Origin: Carcharhinus longimanus
Lineage: Eukaryota
Length of the DNA: 64,000 nt
Assembly: GCA_030264375.1 (NCBI GenBank)
Contig: JASCQW010000130.1
Location: 13,300,281-13,364,280 of the forward strand
Direction: 5' to 3'
Numbering within the stretch: position 1 is the first letter of the stretch; each line of letters opens with the position of its first letter. This document shows positions 13,090 through 26,811 of this stretch, in pieces. The translations under genes were made by a program, and so were the position numbers. The notes below the pieces were generated by a model. It had not been told where the DNA came from and did no database searches. It saw nothing but the letters and a program-made list of their open reading frames with translations.

Positions 13090-13235
13090 AGAGTGTTCAT
13101 AAACCATAAACGCCGGAAGTCTACCACCTCACCTGTCACGGAAGTGGAGAAGGCTAGGGATCAAAAACGGAAATCTCCATTGATCTCGGATGGGAATTTC
13201 TGGTCTCGCTCGAGCGAGGTCATAAAACCCCACCC
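13090..13235. mobile_element. Harbinger-type MITE
   Basis: Reverse-orientation relative of the 7465/10766 family (ccattgatctcggatgggaatttc). Confidence 0.55.
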
Positions 13236-13237
13236 AT

Positions 13238-13660
13238 AGGGCAGAATCTTATGACCTCATTGTGCCCATTTTGCGGCGGGAAAATGTCATAAAATCAGAC
13301 GTGATGTGACTTGTAGGAATGGTGCCCATTTTTGCACCCATTCCCAGTCCTGGCNNNNNNNNNNGGGGGGGGGGGGGGGTGGGGGTGGGGGGGGGGCGGG
13401 GGGGGGGTGGGGGGGTGGGGGGGGGGGGCACCAGGTCCTGAGATTTCAGTCCTGGGCCAGCTAATAATATGTAAAATAGATTAAAATGAACATTTAAATG
13501 AAATATGCAGCTCCATGCCAATTTCTGGCGTGGAGCTGACTGTGCTGGAAACCTGGTTGCCGGAGATGCACAGAAGGCATGGCACCAATTGGGGAGCCCA
13601 TGTAACGGCCTCCACTCGAGTCTCCCAGCCGACTGTGCAATAAAGCAGTGCAGCGGGCTG
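13238..13660 (+). mobile_element. Harbinger-derived element end with poly-G tract
   Basis: gggcagaatcttatgacc..ttttgcggcgggaaaatgtc..cccattccca is homologous to the terminus at 40987; G-run at 13364-13428 follows a gap. Confidence 0.6.
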
Positions 13661-13669
13661 GAAGAATCC

Positions 13670-14685
13670 CCCCAACATCTTTTGCTCAGATCCGCTGTCA
13701 GTGCGCAGACTGATTAACATCTATGACCAGTTCGACGTGGCCTTGGAAGCTAAGGTAAATCACAGCAAGAGTGGGACCACGTTCTTTGCGAACCAACAGA
13801 TTGGTCCTTCATTATCAGGTCAGACTGCCTAGGGATCTCATTTAGATGAACTATGTATTATATATAACCTGGAAGGCGGTAGTATCTGTGGTTTTAAAAA
13901 TCTGGGCATGTAGGAGTGATGTTCCCTCTCCAGTGTGGGTAAGAACCTGGCCATCAGGTGTGAGGCACTCTCGGTGTTGCTGTTATCGATGTTGCAAGTT
14001 TGCCCCGTTCATCACTCCCACGCTGCAGCAATCACTCAAGCCATTGTCCACTTTACCTGGAAGTCAAAAATAGATTGGAATGTGATGGACAAACATCTGG
14101 ATAAAGGGGGAGAAATGTGCCCAACATCGCCCTCACACTTTGTATGCAGCTACATCAAGCTGTACATTGATCCTCGGTACGCAAACATCTGGACTGAGGT
14201 TTTACCTGTCCCCGGTGTTACAAAGGATGGGTAAAGCCACACTCCCGTGGGAGTTGGGCAGAGAAACACCTTTGACCACTAGTCCATCAGACAGTACTCT
14301 GCACATAATGTCCTTAGAGGCCTTACAGGAAAAGGAGATGATGCATCCTGTCAGATGGTTCCCTCAGCAGATTGTCAAGGTCATTTGGCAGAATGCCTCA
14401 TTGTCAGAACTTTCAAACAAGCAAAGAACGAGCTTGGCAGTGGTGAGAAATGCTCTCCCTATCAAATCCCTCCTGGAGTCTCACGCCATCCACATATTGC
14501 CTTCGTGGTGGCTGTGGAAGAGATGAGATTGTTAGCCACCTCCTTGTGGACTGTGCCTTTGCAAAAAAATTCTAGGGAAAGATGCAGTGGTTTTTGTCGA
14601 TGTTTATCCTGAGCAGCTCTGTAACACAGCACTCTGATCCATGGGCTGTTCCCAGGGATGCAAACTGACTGCAGCTGGAGGATGT
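13670..14685 (+). mobile_element. Tx1/L1-clade LINE ORF2 remnant
   Basis: Frameshifted peptides IYDQFDVALEAKVNHSKS, GKNLAIRCEALSVLL and AITQAIVHFTWKSKIDW..LDKGG resemble the Tx1 ORF2 post-RT region. Confidence 0.8.
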
Positions 14686-15083
14686 NNNNNNNNNNNNNNN
14701 NNNNNNNNNNNNNNNNNNNNNNNNNNNNNNNNNNNNNNNNNNNNNNNNNNNNNNNNNNNNNNNNNNNNNNNNNNNNNNNNNNNNNNNNNNNNNNNNNNNN
14801 NNNNNNNNNNNNNNNNNNNNNNNNNNNNNNNNNNNNNNNNNNNNNNNNNNNNNNNNNNNNNNNNNNNNNNNNNNNNNNNNNNNNNNNNNNNNNNNNNNNN
14901 NNNNNNNNNNNNNNNNNNNNNNNNNNNNNNNNNNNNNNNNNNNNNNNNNNNNNNNNNNNNNNNNNNNNNNNNNNNNNNNNNNNNNNNNNNNNNNNNNNNN
15001 NNNNNNNNNNNNNNNNNNNNNNNNNNNNNNNNNNNNNNNNNNNNNNNNNNNNNNNNNNNNNNNNNNNNNNNNNNNNNNNNNNN

Positions 15084-16050
15084 CAAACCCCATTCACATC
15101 AGTAATTTTAATAGTTTTAGAAGAAGGATGGAACACACATCACCATTCAGAGATAGGGAAAGAAGGTCGGATGAGACAGTAAAGGGAATGTTTTCTTTAA
15201 CCGTACTGACATTTTTCTTATCTACGCCTTTTAAAAATCTTGAATACTCCAATAAGAAAAATCCTGGGGTTTTTTGTGCAAGTATTCTCACTTGATCCAC
15301 GTAGACACTTTGAATATCATTCCCTATTTTGTCGTGAACATTTTGAAATGTTTTGTAATCTTATTTCAGACATTTTATGAATAAGGTATATTTTTGTAAA
15401 ACAAAATCCTCATGCAAAAAAAGCTGCAGCAAGAGTTTCAGGAAGGTTTGGTTTGAAGGTAAAAGACAGTATTTGGAGAAACAGGACAGAGAGAGGGCTC
15501 AGAGGTTTTCAGGTGTGGCGCTGGATATGAAATGGGATCGATATGGAAATGAGCAGAGATGCCAATCCAAATTCTCCAGTGTCACGTGGCCCCCTACTGC
15601 TGCCAGTGGGAACAGAGAGTGTGACACTCAGCTAAATCTCCATTCACAGCGGCAGGACCCGAGAATCCCAGCCGTGGGCAATGTCGGAGAATCCCATCCG
15701 CCATGTTTCCATTAGAAGGCCAGGAGATGTCATAATTTTCTGTCTTGTGGACTCACATAAATTTATCAAACCATGCCAAAATCAAATTGTGTGATGGGAA
15801 GGGTCATAAATGTCAATGAAATTGTGAGTCACACACAAACCCCATTCACATCAATGATGTTAATAATTTTAGGAGAGGGATTGGATGCATATCTCTATTC
15901 AGAGATTTGGAAAGAAGTTCAGATGAGACTGTAGAGGAAATTTTTTTTTAATCTGTACTTACATTTTCCTTGGCTATGCCTTTTAAAAACCTTGAATACT
16001 CCAATAAGAAAAGATCCTGTGTTTTCTCTGATGTAAGCATTCTCACTTTC
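15084..16050 (-). repeat. Two diverged copies of one ~215-bp CR1-like segment (15084-15295 and 15836-16050)
   Basis: Both begin caaacccattcacatca and share ccttttaaaaa..ttgaatactccaataagaaaa. Confidence 0.75.
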
Positions 16051-16499
16051 TGCCACACCTCTTCACAAATCAGCCTGGCTACCAATTCAGTTTCTCTCCG
16101 CTGAATTTATTCCTCATAATAGAACAACCAGAATTGTGCCTAACAGGTGGATTACAAAGTACCACTTTGTATAAACTCAGAATCACACCCTAAAACTGTG
16201 GTTTATTCCTGTGCTATACAAAATACTATTTACTTACTTTATTGCTGCTTCATACTGTACTGATGGCTCTTTGATCTGCTCCCCAGTGCTATCAATTCCC
16301 CACCTACATTCTATCCCGTAAAGTAATATAATTTATCTATACGTACTCTGTTTATTATCCATTCCCAGTTTTAGTGCTTTACATCAGTCTACTTAAAATA
16401 CACGTTAAGTTTTAAGTATATTAAGATTTTGTAAAACTTTTTTAAGTACATTAAGTTTTTGTAAAACACAAATAAGCTTTGTCCAGCCAGGTCCTTCTA

Positions 16500-16760
16500 T
16501 ATTTGTTTAAAGTTTATTTATTAATGTCACAAGGAAGCTTACATTAACTCTGCAATGAAGTTACTGTGAAAATCTCCTAGTCGCACACTTTGGCCTCTGT
16601 TTGGATACACTGAACGAGATTTTAGCATGGCCAATGCACCTAACCAGCACATCTTTTGGACAGGGGAGAGGAAACCCATGCAGACATGGGGAGAACATAC
16701 AAGCTGGGAATTGAACCCTGGTCCCTGGCAGTGCTAATGACTGTGCCACCGCACCACCCA
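16500..16760 (-). mobile_element. V-SINE/HE1-like SINE
   Basis: aaagtttatttatt..ttacattaac..tgaagttactgtgaaa tail and gtgctaatgactgtgccacc head in reverse. Confidence 0.85.
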
Positions 16761-18189
16761 TCATTTGATGAAGTTAAATGGCAGGGAGTGGTGAAAGATT
16801 CAAGAAAAAGCAAGGTAGGGCTGGCAGGGAGCTTGGTGATCAGTAATTGGAATTGCAAAATGTTTGACAGTGAGTGTGAAGCAGACTGTTGGGAAATATG
16901 TAAAGAGCTAGATAAGTTGATAAGGGGGAGGTGATGAAGGAAAAGTTACAGAAGAAAGTGAAAACAAAACATTTGAGAAATGTGGAAGGGAGTTTCAGAG
17001 TTTAGGTGTTTTGGATATTTCAGAATGTATAAGTTTGGGAGGGGTTGTTTATAAGTGTGGAGTAAGTTAAAAAAGGATGTTTCTCAGATAGGGGATTGGG
17101 TATGGAGTGTCAATTTTTGACCATTGGAAACACATTCCGAGAACTGGGAATAGTGAATGGCGATATAATGGGAGGAGCATTTTGGACTGTTGAAAAGGAT
17201 AGTGTTGTGATATTGGAGATGGAATTAATGTTGTTAATATTTTTGGTACTGGAGACTCTTCTGCGATCTGTAGCTAGTGAAGAAGGACAGTGCTAATATT
17301 GAGGTATGTAGGTGCAGAAATGTTCAGATAGTGGAAGCACATGTCACAGGAAGAGAGCTCTGAGATGTGTAGGTCCCAGGAAATAGGACCCTGGCTCCTC
17401 CAGGCTACCACATTCAAAACCCACTCTTGAAGAGCAGCAGGCCTCATGCTCACAGATCAAAGGATTTCCCTTCCCTATGCTGCCAGGTCCAAGACCTACT
17501 GTTTGAGGCCTCTTGAATTCCTGTCTATGACTCTCGTGTTTCCAGGCTCTGGGAATTTCCCCTTCCTGTCTAAAACCTCATCCCTATAGTGCTGGAAAAC
17601 AAACACCACGTTTCAAATGCTATGGAGTCTGCCAACTTCAGAGAAGGTTTCTGAGGCCCTGGAACGATTCCCAAGATTTAGTGCCATATGCAGTTGGAAG
17701 CCAAGAGCTGATAGCGCATGGCTAGGACTTCAGGGAAGTCTACCCAGTAGCCGAGCAGCAAGAGTAAGTGGGGCAGAGAATTACTGCACTCCCTCAGTCT
17801 GATCTGCCTACTTGGTGTTCCCTTCCAGAATGTGGTTATCACATCCCATTGCACTTCCCAATTCAATTTCCATTTACCCCTGTTCTGCTCACTCATGTCA
17901 GCCATTACTGTTCCATGATTCCAGATGCAAAAGTAGCAATTTTAGAGCTGGCACTGGAGAGTAGAGCTAGAAGATAATGGTGATAGTGAGAGCATAAAGT
18001 TAAACAGTGGGGCTGAGGAGATTCAAAAGGAGGCTTTCAGTCTTCATCTAACCGGAACCTTTTTCCACTCTTCCTGTACCCATGTCCGTGACCCAGCCTT
18101 TCCTACTTGTCCATACCTCTCCTCATCCTGTCCTCTTGATATTTTACATACCTGAGCCATATCCCTCTCAGCTCAGCTTTCCCTTATCT

Positions 18190-18640
18190 TCACCATAAGA
18201 CCATAAGGAGGTGAATTAGTCCTTTTGACCCATCGAGTCTGCTCCGCCATTCAATCATGGCTAATATGACTTTCATCCTCATTCTTCTGCCTTCTTCCCA
18301 ATGACCTGGCTTCCATAGCCCTCTGTGGCAATGAGTTCCACAGATTCATCACCCTCTGGTTGAAGAAATTCTCCTCATCTTAGTTTTAAAGGAGCGTCCC
18401 TTCACTCTGAGGTTGTACCCTCAAGTTCTAGTCTCTCCCATTAGAGGAAACATCCTGTCCTCATCCACTCTATCTCAGCCTCTCAGTATTCTGTAAGTCT
18501 CAATTAGAAGATCCCCCCTCATTCTTCTAAGCTCCATTGAGTACAGGCCGCAAACTCCTCATATGACAAACTTTTCATTCCTGGGCTCATTCTTATGAAA
18601 CTCCTCTGGACCCCCTCCAAGGCCATCACACCCTTTCCAT
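18190..18640 (-). mobile_element. CR1 LINE 3' fragment
   Basis: ccataagaccataag tail and ALEGVQRSFIRMSPGMKSLSYEE in ORF 18519-18713. Confidence 0.85.
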
Positions 18641-18927
18641 CATCTTTTCTTTGACGAATCCCCTCCCTCATTATCTTATACTTTCCTTCTTGGCTTTCCC
18701 TATTCCATTTCAATTCTTTACCATTGCCATCCCCCCACTTCTCAGTTCTACTTTACCCCCATCCACATCTGAAAACTGTCATGTCCCAGGACATTCTGAA
18801 TTTCAAGCTAATTGTTAGATTTTAAATACTGACCGTAAAATACTGAAAAAGATGACTGCCCGCTGATCACAGAAGCTGAACAAACACCACAGTGCCAGCA
18901 GGCAGGTTTGCTGGCCCATGTTTAAAG

Positions 18928-19150
18928 GTTCATAGAATTCTACAGTGCAGAAGGAGGGCATGCAGCCCTTTAAGTCTGCACCAAACACAATCTCACCCAA
19001 ACCCTATCCCCATAACCCCATGCATTTACCCTAGCCAGTCCCCCTGATACTAAGGGGCAAGTTTAGCATGGCCAATCCACATAAACCTCACACCTTTGGA
19101 CTGTGGGAGGGATCCGGAGCACCCGGAGGAAAGAAAACTGGAGCACCTAG
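18928..19150 (-). mobile_element. HE1-like SINE 3' part
   Basis: catagaattctacagtgcagaaggagg tail and tttagcatggccaatccac V-domain-like core. Confidence 0.85.
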
Positions 19151-19369
19151 AGATTCCTCTAGTTAAAAAAAATCACCAACGGAGTAACTGGAACACCAGG
19201 ATGGTGATGGGCAGGCTTGTGCTGAGCTTAGCGGGATACCAGGTACTGTGACCAGAGACCCAAACACAGTCCAGAGAGATTGGGGGAACAAGAAAGAGCC
19301 AGCAAAATACTGGCCAGGCTGAGGAAGTCTGATACAGATGATAGAGTGAATAAAGATTAAGGAGATAGA

Positions 19370-19665
19370 ACAGTGGCACAATGGCTAGCACTGCTGCCTC
19401 ACATTGCCTGGACCCGGGTTCGATTCTTGCATTGGGTAACTGTCTGAGTGGAGTTTGCACATTCTCCCCGTGTCTGCATGGATTTCCTCTGGGTGCTCCG
19501 GTTTCCTCCCACATTCTAAAGATGTGCAGGTTAGGTGAATTGGCCATGGTAACTGCGTAGGGTTATGGGATAAGGTGAGGGGTGGGCCTGTATAAGATGC
19601 TTTCTCAGAGAGTCATGCAGAGATGGGTCGAATGGCCTCCTTCTGCACTGTAGAGATTCAATGGA
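19370..19665 (+). mobile_element. HE1-like SINE with CR1-type tail
   Basis: tRNA head, ggtttcctcccacattctaaagatgtgcagg core, aatggcctccttctgcactgtag tail. Confidence 0.9.
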
Positions 19666-20108
19666 TAGAAGAAAGTTCATAGAATTTTCCAGAGACCAGC
19701 AAAGGATCGACCAAGATAAATTGGGGCAGGATACAACTCATAACAGTTAAAGTAGCCAAACCCATGTCAGTAAAGTTTAAAAAAAGCCCAGGAAAGATGT
19801 GTAGAATTTGAAAAGAACGAAGAGGTTGAACCAGAGATCTGGTTTACAGACACCTTCTATCAGGATTTAAACAGGACAAGGAAAATCCCCAAACAAATAG
19901 CATAGAGTGAGGAAAATGTCTCACTCAGTCTCACAGAGACACAGCAGGAGCTAGTCAGCCACTTGTTGGCAGCAGTGTCTCAAAGGACAGACTGTGGACA
20001 AACCCAAATTCCCACAGTAACTGAAGTCAATAACTTGTAAGATGAATTGTGCTTGTGAGAGCCACACGGGAAATACAAGTGCAGCTAACGTAGGAACATC
20101 CACTAAAC

Positions 20109-20825
20109 CAGGGGTTCCCAAACTGGGGTCCATGGAACCTGGGGGATCTCTGAAGCATCTCCAAGGGAGCCACATGACCAGCAAACACATTTGAAAAGCA
20201 GGGGGAGGGGTTCGGCCCTCAGAAAAGAGCAGGTGGGCGATGTGGGGATGTTGAGGCCTCTCGAAAAGAGCTGTGGGGAGGTTGGCCCTTGGAGAGAAGG
20301 GTATATATGTGTGTGAGTGTGTGTGTGAGAGAGAGTGGGGTGAGAGTGTGTGTGTGTGAGAGAGAGCAAAGTGAGAAATGTGAGTATGTTTGTGAATACT
20401 AGAGAGATGTGAATGTATGCAAGGGAGCAGGAACTGTTTATATCCATTAAAATAATCAGCTTCCAACATCATTCCTCCCATTAAAAATGACAGAACATAA
20501 AACTTAATTTTTTTTAATTAGAGGACTTTTTAATTGGGTACCACATCTAGGAGTTAATGTGAGAGGGCAATGGGAGGATGGCTTGGTGGGGGTGAATGTG
20601 TGGAAGCCTTATAGCTGGTGATGGTATGTGTAACTATGTGCTTCTTCCTAATTCTAATATATACGTGGAAATAGATGGAAAAGACTGGTTTACATTTGAT
20701 TTCTATGTTTGTACCTATTACGCAGCAAAAAAGTACTGTCAACATTATAGGAATGTTTTGGGTTCCCTGATGCTCTTAGGAAGTCACTAGTGATTCCGTG
20801 GCTTAAAAAAATTTGGAAAACCCTA
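20109..20825. mobile_element. hAT non-autonomous DNA transposon
   Basis: TIRs caggggttcccaaact / atttggaaaacccta; 8-bp TSD cactaaac (20101-20108) and aactaaac (20826-20833). Confidence 0.8.
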
Positions 20826-21899
20826 AACTAAACTGACACAGGAGCAGGTAAAAAGCTTAAATCCACTTGAACCCAGCAGTTCAATGTCCAATGATGATAA
20901 GATGCAGGATCTGAGGGAGAAAACCTAAACACTTAACATTAGCTTAAAAACAATACACTCCACACTATCACCCTCAATATAACAATCATTAGTGGATCAG
21001 AACAAAACTGATCAGGCTCATGGGCTGTGGAAGGCCTCTTATTACTGTGTAATGACTTCCCACACACGGTGGAGGTGAAAGGTGAGTCTGAAGTTAAAGA
21101 GATAAGAGTTTTGCGGTTACCACAACAAAACAGGCAAGGGTATTTGCATATGACAGACTGGGACAGGGAACTCAGGCCATCGAAAACTGTCTCCTCCCCA
21201 GAAATCATCATGGAGTCTGAACATTCCCCAAAGCTAAATGAGACTCCCCCAAACCTGTCCCAACATTGATTCCACCTGAGAACCAACATTTTGGAAATTC
21301 AACTGCAGGAACTCTTGCGGCCTACTGAGAATAATTTACTTTACCAGACTTGCACTTCAACTTTAAAGCATCGTCTCAATCTAAGAAATTGCAGAACTGC
21401 CAAGAAAGACACTGAAGTAATTGTAGGTTGCAACTGTATCTTTACCTGTATCTAATATTTGTGTCTGTCTGAATGTGTATGTGTGAAGTGAATGAGTGAG
21501 ACGTCTTGTTTAAATTCAAGAGCAAGTGCGTGATAATAAATAAACTTTATTTTTAAAGTCACAAAAGCTTGCTGCTGGAAATGATTTAATTCAGATATTC
21601 CTCCTGAAGGTAAGATAAGTCACTTTACTCATATAATGATACTCATCACAGACAGTGAAATTATGCACCCTCTCCTTTCCTTCTCCCCTTCTCCTCATAG
21701 GACCAGGGACCTGGGTTCGAAACCTGCCTTGGTCACTGTCTATATGGAGTTTGCACATTCTCCCCTTGTCTGTGGTGAAGTACATTATTTCACTTAGAGT
21801 AGAATGTCACTCTTTGAGGCTAGAAAATCTAATTGCTCTTAAGTAAACATGAAGCTCATGGAGAAATCAATAGATAAAGCACATTCATAAAGCATACTT

Positions 21900-21995
21900 T
21901 ATGAACAGTATGCTTTGCCGGTATAGCCCGCAAGAAGCAATACTTTTCACTGTTAACCAATACACGTGACAATAAATCACCTCAAATCAAATCAA
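21900..21995 (+). mobile_element. Rex1/Babar LINE 3' tail fragment
   Basis: atgaacagtatgc..aatacttttcactgt..gacaataaatca matches 36853-36932. Confidence 0.7.
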
Positions 21996-22429
21996 GCACA
22001 TAAATTCCAACTGTAACACATTCAACTGGATTCAGTTGCTAAAATTCCTACTTCTGTGTTGGAAAGTCTTCGATTCAAGCTTCTGATACACAAACCTTGT
22101 CTTTAATTTGTCCTTAAACATGAGCACTGCCCTCAAGGTTAGCATTCATTACTCACACTTGATTGACTTGAGATGGTGGAGGTGGGCCACCTTTGTTGAA
22201 CTACTCCAGTCTATGTGGTGTAGGGACACCCACATTGTTGTGCTTTAGGCTTGTACTTCCTTGTTATTTCTAGTCACACTCGGTTTCAATTTATATATCC
22301 CCTTATCTGTTGCTGTTCTATGAATTTAAAACACGATCAAATTGGCATGAATTATAAACATTTACAAATGTGATACCTGATATGAAACGTTGGTGCCGAA
22401 TTTACCATGGGGGTTTTCATCTTGGATTA

Positions 22430-22685
22430 GTAGATGGGGTTTTTTTTATTTGTTTGTGGGATATGGGTGTCACTGGCTGGCCAGCGTTTATTGCCCATCC
22501 CTAGTTGTCCTTGAAGCTGAGTGGGGCTTGCTAGACTATTTCAGAGGTTAGTTAAAAGTCAACAACATTGCTTTGGCTCTGGAGTCACATGCAGGCCAGA
22601 CTGGGTAAGGATGGCAGATTTCCTTCCCTAAAGGACATTGGTGAATTAGGTGGGTTTTTCCAAAAATCGACAATGGTTTTGTGGT
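22430..22685 (-). mobile_element. Family A SINE, part left of the LTR insertion
   Basis: Matches the 46450-46810 copy up to caatggttttgtggt and resumes at 27713. Confidence 0.85.
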
Positions 22686-23306
22686 TGTAAGGGGAAGCTG
22701 ATGCAATTTTTGAGAAAGCGGGCTGACAGAGCGGGAAATCGAGAAGTGAAATATGCTGTATAAACGCTTTGCAGGGGCAGGTGCTTAAAAACAAGTATGA
22801 AATCAGTTGCTCGCAGTCAAAGTAGTCATGGGTTGGGTATGATAAAGAAACGGTTACTGCGAACCATAAAAAGGGAGGAATAGGCGCCAAAGATAGAACA
22901 AGGGAAGAGAGATGTAGGCGGGTGAAGCTAGCTGAGCAGTTCACGATAAGGAAGCGCGGCGCGGGAGCCAATTAACAAGGGAAGGGAGATGTATGATAAA
23001 CTGCATAGGCATATAAAGCAGAATCATGTATTGTGTGTGTGTGTGTACCTGCGGGACTGCACCCTTTCTTGCAAGATTGAATAAACTGACGTAGAATGAC
23101 TCCGCCGTGTCTTTGATTTCAAGAGCAGGGGGGGAAAGGGAAGTGGGATCGGTGTCCCCAGAGGTGTCTCTTTGGATGGGCTCGACGGTTGAAACCTAAC
23201 GGTGACAACTAAGCCGATCGAGTTCCCCCCCAAGGATTGAGTCAGTTGCTCGGGTGTAATCCATACAAACTGACTGGCCTCGGGTTGGGTACCTCCTACT
23301 TCTCAC
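22686..23306 (+). mobile_element. Relatively young solo LTR
   Basis: TGTAAGGGG start, tataaa near 23013, AATAAA near 23080, CpG-rich, ends ..cttctcaCA. Confidence 0.75.
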
Positions 23307-23324
23307 ACAAAAGCTACTGTATAA

Positions 23325-23760
23325 ACTGCATAATGGGGATGGATAATCACAGAGCAAAAAAGCATTTAACATGTTTAGGCGAACGTACCATCTCCACCAA
23401 TCGTTGCATATTTCAACCCATTGTCGGAAACATATGTTACAAGAGATGAGTCAGGAAACGTAATTGGATCTGTACACTCTCAGTGTTTTGAAGGAAGCAA
23501 ATGACCACTTGCGTATGGGTCACACCCAACGTTCAAAACTGAAAACAAATACTCTACTGGAAAGCATGAAGCACTAGCCTACATCGCTACTAAGTGAACA
23601 TTGGAACATGTATCTCTACAGTAGAAAGTTCACTCTCCGCACAGATCACTAAATGCTGACTACACTGTTAGCCACATCAGAATGTATTCATCAGCCTACA
23701 CATATCTACAGAAGATCAGATTGTTTTCATCAGGACACCTTTGTGTTGAAGGTTCAGGTA
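23325..23760 (+). mobile_element. Gypsy/Ty3 pol RNase H relic
   Basis: Frameshifted PPIVAYFNP, YVTRDESGNVIGSVHSQ, KYSTGKHEALA and EHWNMYLYSRKFTLRTDH match the Gypsy RNase H motifs TDAS, YSxxExEALA and FTLRTDH. Confidence 0.85.
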
Positions 23761-24809
23761 TCTCACAGATTTTACACAACCAATGACATGCTTAACCATA
23801 CAACTATCACAGACAGTATTAGCAATAACAAAGCAGTTTGCAATAGTGAGGACTATGCAATCGCAGTGATTTCATGTTTTTGTTACTTACATGGCCATTT
23901 TTGTTAAATGCTGACCTGCTGGCCAGTTTTTCAGCTTCAGAAGATTTATTATTTCATGGTGTTATTCAAATACAAATATAGATGATTTAACAGTTAAATG
24001 GAAAAGTAAAGTTTTCTGTGGATAAAAGAAAGGCAATAATCTCCTGGTCTGTGAATAGCAATGTCAGTACAATAAGCGACACCAAAGACAAATGTCCCCA
24101 CAAAATTTAATTATTTACTTCAGTAATGTATCTGTAAATGACATGTTTAATTCTTGTGATGTGAGAAAAACACACCTTTGTAACCTTAATATTGACTAAA
24201 ATTGTCAAATAATTCCTTCTCTTTTTCTCATTTCAGTTGAAACTTTGGCAAGAATTGATATGAAGTACAGAGATGGGGTGAACTTTCAAATTATGACTTT
24301 GTATCTTCAATATGTCATGACGTTGATGTGATTAAATATGAATTTTATCTTTCATTTGCAGAAAGTTAACGGACTATTCTCCATAAATGTTTCTTGGCCT
24401 GAGAGGTAATGACATTTTCTCTTTCTGTGCAGCCTCAAATCCAATAAACTTTTCCTCAACACATACAGAAATAAATGCTACAGCCCTTATGGTGGGAAAA
24501 AACCTCACTTACGTGTTAGTCTGACAACAAAAGTTCTGGAATAAATAACCAGCTTTATAAAAAGGAGCAAATAACAAAGCCTATATATAAGAATCAATAG
24601 TACTGAGAAACACCACATTAGTCAATATGGCGAATTGTTTCAAAAACAGTGTCAAGTTCAATGCCTGTTTTTCTCAATTGATAATTCTGCTAAATACGTG
24701 TCCAACTCACTCTTCAGATTACTGACATTATCAACAGCAGTCACCTACCTGGGCAGCACTTTTCAAACATTCAGCTCCATATGATTTTGCCTTTTAGAAA
24801 AAAGTTAAA

Positions 24810-25405
24810 AAATTAAAGTTTATTTATTAGTCACATGTAAGGCTTACATTAACACTGCAATTAAGGTATTGTGAAATTCCCCTAGTCACCACAGTCAGTG
24901 TCTTTTCAGGTCAATGCACCTAGTCAGCATATCTTTCAGTCTGTGGGACGAAATTGGAGCACCTGGAGGAAACCCATGCAGACATGGGGAGAACGTGCAA
25001 ACTCTACACAGACAGTAACCCAAGCCCTGAATTGAACCCAGATCCATGGCACTGTGAGGCAGCAGTGCTAACTACTGTGCCACCATGCCACCCACATAAA
25101 AGCATGTAACCACATTGCTAAGTTTTAAGTTTATTTATTAGTAACAAAAGTAGGCTTGCATTAACACTTCAATGAAGTTACTGTGAAAATCCCCTAGTCA
25201 CCACATTCCAGTGCCTGTCTGGGTACACTGAGGGAGAATTTAGCATGGCCAATGCACCTAACCAGCACGTCTTTAGACTGTGGGAGGAGACTGGAGGAAA
25301 CCCATGCAGAATTGGGGAGAATGTGCAGACTCCGCACAGGTAGTAACCCAAACTAGAAATCAAACCCAGGTCTTTGGCACTGTGCTAACCACTGTGCCAC
25401 CATCA
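24810..25405 (-). mobile_element. Two adjacent V-SINE/HE1-like SINEs (24810-25095 and 25120-25405)
   Basis: Each has the aaagtttatttattag tail and gtgcta..actgtgccacc head in reverse. Confidence 0.9.
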
Positions 25406-26354
25406 CATTGCTGCATCTCAAATAAGTCCCGTGTTCTAAAGTTAAAACAACTTTTCAGTCAACCATTCTAGCTATTAATACCCTTTGTGGAAGACTATTT
25501 CTCTTGAATGTGCCCTTCATTAGTTTTGTGTTAGTGTTAGATTCATTTTGGCTGAGCTTTTGCTATCTGGTCAATTATTGTTTGAGTGTCTGTAATAGAG
25601 TTTTTTGAAATTCTCTGTCTACCAAACACTCCTACAACTATTGACTCAGAAAACTCTTACATTTGTTTTTACTGACAGAAATAGAATACCGCTGGACCAG
25701 AAAAGAAAGGTAAATACTCAATTGTTATTATTATGAATGTTTAAGGAGAACTGAATTATGTTTGGATTCAGAAGGTATTGGAACAATGTGTGCCCAAATA
25801 CCAAGCCTAAATTAACTGGGGCAAAATACACAAATGGTGGTAATGGGAAATAAGGAAGTGTACTTTATTGCTGCATGAGTACAAAGTGAGCAACGGCAAA
25901 TTGTCAGCCTGTTTTACAATCCACACAATTCTCTTTGGAAGGTTGAGGAAAGGTTATTCACCTTTCAAAGCTCATCTTTCTGATCTCCAGATGCACATGA
26001 AGTGTTCCTAAAGCTTTACCTCCACGATTGGAAGGTTTAAGGAGACCAAAAATAGAATGGTAAGATATAAATCAGACATGTTGCCTACAAAACTACCCAC
26101 TGAATGGCTAGACTTTAAAAGCCAAAATAAATGGCTGTCAAAACATATGGAATATCCTGAAACACACTTTTAAAGATACAATATCTTCTTTCAAATCTTT
26201 ATGATGTAATATTTAATCAATGGGAATTCTTAAGGACCTTTTTTTAACCTGAGGTTCTCTTAAGGAGAATTGGGCAGACTGCGTAATCCAGAAGTCAGAT
26301 TTCACTCTATTTTTTCTTGTTCTTGTATTTATCTACACATTTCCAGTTTTAAAG

Positions 26355-26542
26355 ATTTTAAAGTTTTTAAAGTTTATTTATTAGTATCATAAGTAAGGCT
26401 TACATTAACACTGCAGTGAAGTTACTGTGAAATTCCCCTAGATGCCACATGCCGGCGCCTGTCCAGGTCAATGAACCTAACCAGCATGTCTTTCAGACTA
26501 TGGGAGGAAACTGGAGCACCCAGAGGAAACCCACGCAGACAT
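26355..26542 (-). mobile_element. V-SINE/HE1-like SINE 3' fragment
   Basis: Same tail plus the gggaggaaactggagcacc core. Confidence 0.85.
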
Positions 26543-26811
26543 TGGGTTTTGTACATGGAGAGAAGGGCAAGAGGTCTTGCAGAAAATGAGAACTTCAAAT
26601 TAAATTTTATTCTCATTTAGTTTTAGTTGGAAGAGTATGAAGAAATCTATGTAAAGAAATCCAACCATAATTAGGGGTTATAAGGTGTGTAGAGTTACTA
26701 GCTTAAAAAATTAAAAATGGTTTAAAATGCTATTCTCCTTGCATGTGGAAACTTGTCTTTACTTACAGCAATAAGAACATCCTTGATAAAGGAGATATAC
26801 ATTCAAAATTC

